The notes under the pieces: model-generated | Databases searched by the model: none | What the model was told of the DNA's origin: nothing | Seen by the model: the letters and a program-made list of their open reading frames with translations, nothing else | Made by a program: the position numbers and the translations under genes | Part shown: piece after piece, positions 49,858 through 54,025 of the stretch | Position numbering within the stretch: position 1 is the stretch's first letter | Layout of the letters: each line of letters opens with the position of its first letter | IMG/VR virus record: IMGVR_UViG_3300008448_000113 | Span: 1-54,025 of that record | Length of the DNA: 54,025 nt | Direction: 5' to 3' (one strand) | Source: a virus | Lineage: Duplodnaviria > Caudoviricetes

Positions 49858-50069
49858 AATATTTTACCATAATGGAACCCACATCGTTATCGGACAGTAC
49901 ACCAATATATACAACCTATTCGGAAGAAGAAATTTTAAATATGTATTGGAATTATTGGTATGACGCGATGTGTAAAAAATTTGGAAAAGACGAAGTTGAT
50001 AGTAAATATTCCACACGAGATTGTATTGATGATTGGATTATTGTAAATTGGGCATGGGAAGCTACATGA
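49854..50069 (+). CDS. Hypothetical protein
   Basis: Translationally coupled ORF with CIDDW..V.WAW. Confidence 0.65.
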   Translation: MKYFTIMEPTSLSDSTPIYTTYSEEEILNMYWNYWYDAMCKKFGKDEVDSKYSTRDCIDDWIIVNWAWEAT

Positions 50070-50124
50070 TTTGATATTTATATAAACCAAAGGTTATATT
50101 AATAAATAACCAGAGGTTTAATGT

Positions 50125-50796
50125 ATGTTTCATCAAAAATTTTCGAAGCAGACGAAAAGTATAACTGGGTTATCGTTAATATTAGGGTTGGTTTTGTACG
50201 CATGTTCAGATACACCCACAGGATCGGGGAATCCAACAACGCCACCGCCGGATGATTCTGGAGTATCATTTTCGATGTTGTCTAGCATCATCACCGCTAC
50301 AGATACAAACATTAATATTCGTGTGTCATGGAAAGCTCCAAATGATCCATTCGGTGCACCGGAATTTTACAGACATACAATGGTTGCTTCAAAGGTTGTA
50401 ACGGATTCTACCACTGGAAATTTACCTAACCTCAAACAGGTAAATGGATTAGTTGACACCGTTAGAATTTCATTGAAAAAGATAAATGATACGGTTACAC
50501 TTACTTCTAGTATATGGTCAGTCCGTCGAGGTTTGCAATCCACAACTCCTGGAACTGGGAAACTTTTTGTGAGACGAGGTGATAGAGCACCACTACCACC
50601 TGATTCTATTAAGGTGGATACAATTGTGATACCGGCCGCACCCATAATAGGAGGTACGTCATCTATCCTATTTCCAAAAAATACAGCGGCACTGATAAAT
50701 GAACAGTCATACAACTCTATGTTTGGAAGTTATAAAAATGGAGTGAGTATGTACAAGTCGGGAAACACTACGTATTTAACGATTATTCCACAATAG
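50125..50796 (+). CDS. Putative lipoprotein with an FN3/Ig-like domain
   Basis: Signal peptide with LYAC lipobox, Pro linker, VSWKAP. Confidence 0.6.
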   Translation: MFHQKFSKQTKSITGLSLILGLVLYACSDTPTGSGNPTTPPPDDSGVSFSMLSSIITATDTNINIRVSWKAPNDPFGAPEFYRHTMVASKVVTDSTTGNLPNLKQVNGLVDTVRISLKKINDTVTLTSSIWSVRRGLQSTTPGTGKLFVRRGDRAPLPPDSIKVDTIVIPAAPIIGGTSSILFPKNTAALINEQSYNSMFGSYKNGVSMYKSGNTTYLTIIPQ

Positions 50797-50812
50797 CATT
50801 TACGAGGTTATT

Positions 50813-51433
50813 ATGAAATGGTTATATAGTATTATTTTAGCATTTGCATTTTCTACTACTGTAGACGCACAGCCGATTAGACCGGTGGCATCGGTTAGTA
50901 TGTTAACTGCCTCTCGACAGATTGCGTTTCAGCTACGCTGGACGCAACGAGAGGCAGTAGACAGTACAATGGTAGCAGTGTTTTTATCTAAAGATACAGT
51001 TCCAATCTTGTATAGACGAACACAGTCGCCGGACACTATTCGATTTACTATTCCAACTGATACGACGACCTATCGGTTTTTATTGGTAAATGTTCGTAGA
51101 AACATTGTAAGTCCGCCGGCAAATGTGAATTTCTATTTTGATGCAGATAAGTATTACGTTCCAAGTGGATTGTCGGTGTATCCAAAAACCATTACTATTG
51201 ATTCGACTAGTACAACACGACAGGTACAGTTTTGCGCCTTCATTAAGTTTGCAGACGGTACTACGGTGATACGAGATAGAGATCTAACCATCCCAAAGTG
51301 TATTGATTATTACAATACAATTCCTGTGGAGCAACGTTCTACTGGTGGAGCAAAGCAACGGGTGGCAAATAAAATGTGTTTGTCGTGGACAACTACCGGT
51401 GGAACCATTGAGAACGAAGTGTGTTCAGGTTAA
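50813..51433 (+). CDS. Putative secreted beta-rich protein
   Basis: Signal peptide ending VDA-Q; GAGG SD. Confidence 0.6.
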   Translation: MKWLYSIILAFAFSTTVDAQPIRPVASVSMLTASRQIAFQLRWTQREAVDSTMVAVFLSKDTVPILYRRTQSPDTIRFTIPTDTTTYRFLLVNVRRNIVSPPANVNFYFDADKYYVPSGLSVYPKTITIDSTSTTRQVQFCAFIKFADGTTVIRDRDLTIPKCIDYYNTIPVEQRSTGGAKQRVANKMCLSWTTTGGTIENEVCSG

Positions 51434-51747
51434 AGTCGCTGGTGTTTTTGTTGGCAATCCAAACTACCGCCGTGAAAGTGGTATATTCATATAACCGTAA
51501 AGTATATGATAGTTTAGAAATCATCGTGAACAAAAATGAAAAAACAATCCACCAAAAAAATTATAAATTATTTACCGATATCGATTCAACTAATATTGGC
51601 TATGCTACAAAAGCTGATAAGGTTGAGGTAATATTACGGGGATACAAAAAAGATTTATATTGTTACCCACACATCGATAGGTTGCAGTACCCATATTACA
51701 GAATATCATATGGTTTGAATTTTGAATGTGTAAAACTTAAAACTTAA
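51421..51747 (+). CDS. Hypothetical protein, possibly exported
   Basis: Hydrophobic N-terminus; tightly packed ORF. Confidence 0.5.
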   Translation: MFRLKSLVFLLAIQTTAVKVVYSYNRKVYDSLEIIVNKNEKTIHQKNYKLFTDIDSTNIGYATKADKVEVILRGYKKDLYCYPHIDRLQYPYYRISYGLNFECVKLKT

Positions 51748-51756
51748 GAGGAAGTT

Positions 51757-52254
51757 ATGAAATCAGTAATGAAGTTTATGGCAATTGTAGGAGCAGTACT
51801 TATAGGTGTAGCATGTGCAGATGAAGGTCCAACACGCCCATATGTTGTGCATTATAGAAATGGAAAGCTGGATACCGTCTTTCTTCAAAAGACTGACACG
51901 TTGGTAAAGACCAAGACCGATACAATAAATAATGTAATTGTACGAACGGACACGGTTATCATTACTCGTACAAACACCGACACCGTGGTTAAGACAGTTA
52001 CCAAAACCGATACGTTGCGATTGGTTCGTGTGGATACCGTCAATAAAATAGTCACTCGTACCGACACGGTATATGTACCAAAGATTGTAACGAGAGTGGA
52101 TACGTTACGTATTACGAAGGTGGATACCGTACGGGTTCCAACGATTGTTGTTCGGGTCGATACCGTTCGTATTACAAAAGTAGATACACTACGATTGTAT
52201 TGTACAGCGGTAAACCCCGCAGGGAATTTGAATTGTAGTGATAAGAAACCCTAA
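51757..52254 (+). CDS. Putative lipoprotein with [VT]DT repeats
   Basis: GVAC lipobox; more than 10 xDT[VL] repeats. Confidence 0.7.
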   Translation: MKSVMKFMAIVGAVLIGVACADEGPTRPYVVHYRNGKLDTVFLQKTDTLVKTKTDTINNVIVRTDTVIITRTNTDTVVKTVTKTDTLRLVRVDTVNKIVTRTDTVYVPKIVTRVDTLRITKVDTVRVPTIVVRVDTVRITKVDTLRLYCTAVNPAGNLNCSDKKP

Positions 52255-52277
52255 TAATATATTATAATTTAGTACCC

Positions 52278-52322
52278 TTGACAAAATCCCTTACTTTGAT
52301 TATATTCAAGGTAAGGGATTTA
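52278..52322 (+). promoter_or_regulatory. Sigma70-like promoter inside a long inverted repeat
   Basis: TTGACA-N17-TATATT; AAAATCCCTTAC and GTAAGGGATTTT arms flank the -10 element. Confidence 0.75.
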
Positions 52323-52342
52323 AGTTTAATACAAGGTCCGAT

Positions 52343-52465
52343 ATGAACCAACAGTGGTATCAGTTTCACCAACAGGAAATAACCACAACTACCAGCGCAT
52401 CATTTCATTATACAACAACGGAAGATGTCGTATTTCTTCCCGTACTAAATGTAGAACAGGAGTAA
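52343..52465 (+). CDS. Small hypothetical protein (40 aa)
   Basis: AAGG SD after the promoter; MNQQWYQF...EQE. Confidence 0.4.
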   Translation: MNQQWYQFHQQEITTTTSASFHYTTTEDVVFLPVLNVEQE

Positions 52466-52467
52466 CT

Positions 52468-52692
52468 ATGATTCGTACCATTCTTTTTGCACTAGTGGTC
52501 GTTACTACGGGATGTATGGACAAGAGTAACCCACGTAAGGGTACCGTGTACTGCCCGAGCGCCCCACCAGTTGTCGTGGATAGCGCCGTTCATCATTGGA
52601 ATGACCGTGACGGGTTGTATGTGTACACCACACAAACGTCTACTGCGTTCCCGCTTCGTTTCTCACCGTCATGTTCGTTCCGGTGGGATTAA
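52468..52692 (+). CDS. Small putative lipoprotein
   Basis: AGGAG SD; MIRTILFALVVVTTGC. Confidence 0.55.
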   Translation: MIRTILFALVVVTTGCMDKSNPRKGTVYCPSAPPVVVDSAVHHWNDRDGLYVYTTQTSTAFPLRFSPSCSFRWD

Positions 52693-52694
52693 AC

Positions 52695-53303
52695 ATGGAA
52701 AACCCAATGGTGAATTACCAAAAGATTATCAAGGAAACGGCAAGTAATCACTATAACGTGCGGGATGAATTCAAGAACAATACCGTACAGGAAAATATCG
52801 CCATCTGTAATAAAGACCGCTTGAAGTTTTCCGTAGGTTGTATTAATATTACCGGAGAACTCAACATTGGCATGATGCTGCGTTCGGCGTGTTTGTTTGG
52901 GGCAGAGAACTTCTATATCTTTGGACGCAATAAGTTTGATAAGCGTAGCACGGTAGGTGCCGAGAATTATATTAATATCGTCCAATATGTGTTTGATGAC
53001 CCGATCCACGCCGACATGCAGATTGCCCAAAAGCTACTGGATGTAAAGAAGATGATGGAGCATACGATTGTGTTGTGTGATACGGGTGGGCATGAAATCG
53101 GTAAATACACCACATGGAACTACTTCAGGGAACAGAACCCGTTGTTTATTTTCGGTTCAGAAAGTCATGGTATTCCGAGTGCAGTCAGCGAACAATTCAA
53201 GAACAAAGTGAGTATCCCGCAACGTGGGGTCATGCGTTCATTTAATGTATCGGCAGCCATGAACATCATCTGTTGGGACTACGTTAAGGAAATGCATCTA
53301 TGA
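52695..53303 (+). CDS. SpoU/TrmH-family (SPOUT) RNA methyltransferase
   Basis: NIGMMLRSA, FGSESHGI, IPQRG and RSFNVS motifs. Confidence 0.85.
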   Translation: MENPMVNYQKIIKETASNHYNVRDEFKNNTVQENIAICNKDRLKFSVGCINITGELNIGMMLRSACLFGAENFYIFGRNKFDKRSTVGAENYINIVQYVFDDPIHADMQIAQKLLDVKKMMEHTIVLCDTGGHEIGKYTTWNYFREQNPLFIFGSESHGIPSAVSEQFKNKVSIPQRGVMRSFNVSAAMNIICWDYVKEMHL

Positions 53304-53464
53304 GTGGACGTGCGGCACGGGCAGCAAAGCAACGGAAGATGAACTCCATCAACGACGAACTGCTTTGGAAGCATAGTCACTATATAATTCATTCTCCCAA
53401 ACTAATATGGATGGATTGGAATGATTTCAATAAAGAGGAATGTACTGATGAAACCAGAACTTAA
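53300..53464 (+). CDS. Small hypothetical protein
   Basis: ATGA coupling; MSGRAARAAKQRK... Confidence 0.45.
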   Translation: MSGRAARAAKQRKMNSINDELLWKHSHYIIHSPKLIWMDWNDFNKEECTDETRT

Positions 53465-53600
53465 AGAAGTATTAATCAAGGTATATACATCTTCTCTTGA
53501 AGCACACAATCGTCGTTGGGAATATTTGACCTTACCATTGGATGAACGATTTACACTTATACAGGAATATATCGATGAGAAAAGAACTTTGTTATCATGA
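53448..53600 (+). CDS. Small hypothetical protein
   Basis: AGAGG SD; MKPELKEVL... Confidence 0.45.
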   Translation: MKPELKEVLIKVYTSSLEAHNRRWEYLTLPLDERFTLIQEYIDEKRTLLS

Positions 53601-53835
53601 CGAGCTTTGGTATGCCTGTAGAAAGTGTATGGCAGAACTTCGTGTGTGGAAAGAGTATGATAAGTTGAAAAACGAATTGGAAATCGAACGGAGCAAGCGG
53701 AAGCAGATTGAAGAGTTGTATGATAATTTGAAAGCCGATGTTGCTCCACTCATTAAAGCCGCAAAGGAATTGAACGAGAGTTACGAAGATGCTTATGTGG
53801 TAAACAAGGTTCGGAGAGCGGTGAAGAATCTCTAA
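53575..53835 (+). CDS. Hypothetical coiled-coil protein
   Basis: AGGA SD; charged helical sequence. Confidence 0.55.
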   Translation: MRKELCYHDELWYACRKCMAELRVWKEYDKLKNELEIERSKRKQIEELYDNLKADVAPLIKAAKELNESYEDAYVVNKVRRAVKNL

Positions 53836-53851
53836 TTAAATCTTATATAAT

Positions 53852-53887
53852 ACCCCACTTGACAACGGTGGGGTTTTGTATTATATT
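53852..53887 (+). promoter_or_regulatory. Sigma70-like promoter with the -35 in a hairpin loop
   Basis: ACCCCAC-TTGACAACG-GTGGGGT followed by a T-run; TTGACA-N17-TATATT. Confidence 0.7.
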
Positions 53888-53912
53888 TAGGTATACTTAA
53901 CAAGGACAGAGC

Positions 53913-54025
53913 ATGACACTTGAACAACTTGCTGAAATTATTGATAGAATGCGAAACCGTAGTACGTGGGATATGTACAAAGACCTTACCGTAGCGGTTG
54001 TTACCGATGAACCATCCGCCGGTCC
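53913..54025 (+). CDS. Hypothetical protein (3'-partial)
   Basis: AAGGA SD; MTLEQLAEIIDRMR... runs off the end of the window. Confidence 0.55.
   Translation, partial: MTLEQLAEIIDRMRNRSTWDMYKDLTVAVVTDEPSAG

Noticed and set aside
1-54025. Stop-codon reassignment
   Set aside because: Conserved genes are full length in the standard code, and TAA, TAG and TGA all act as stops.

Overview
This window is part of a large, AT-rich, T4-like (myovirus-type) dsDNA phage genome. All credible genes are on the + strand and read in the standard genetic code. From left to right it holds: (1) two collagen-like fibre genes and two very long His-x-Asp/Asn (HxD/N) repeat arrays, followed directly by a radical SAM/SPASM enzyme, a small HADHxD-motif protein and a Cys-motif/methyltransferase fusion; (2) a SNF2 helicase and a tail/baseplate module (chaperone pair with a probable +1 frameshift, tape measure protein, hub, lysozyme-like domain); (3) replication and nucleotide genes (PolA-like protein, SSB, RecA/UvsX, 5'-3' exonuclease, DnaB-like helicase, class II RNR, dUTPase, PolB, ligase, clamp, clamp loaders, dCMP deaminase) mixed with modification enzymes (GT2, IscA, 2OG-Fe oxygenase, APS-kinase- and sulfotransferase-like proteins, an HExxH protein, two Mom-like acetyltransferases); (4) a lipoprotein cassette at the right end. 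The best candidate for a new system is 1-8539: a phage-encoded RiPP-like maturation pathway in which a SPASM radical SAM enzyme may cross-link many aromatic-x-Asp/Asn motifs (His, sometimes Phe) in mirror-symmetric, hairpin-like fibre proteins. All functional calls come from reading motifs by eye; no database searches were run.
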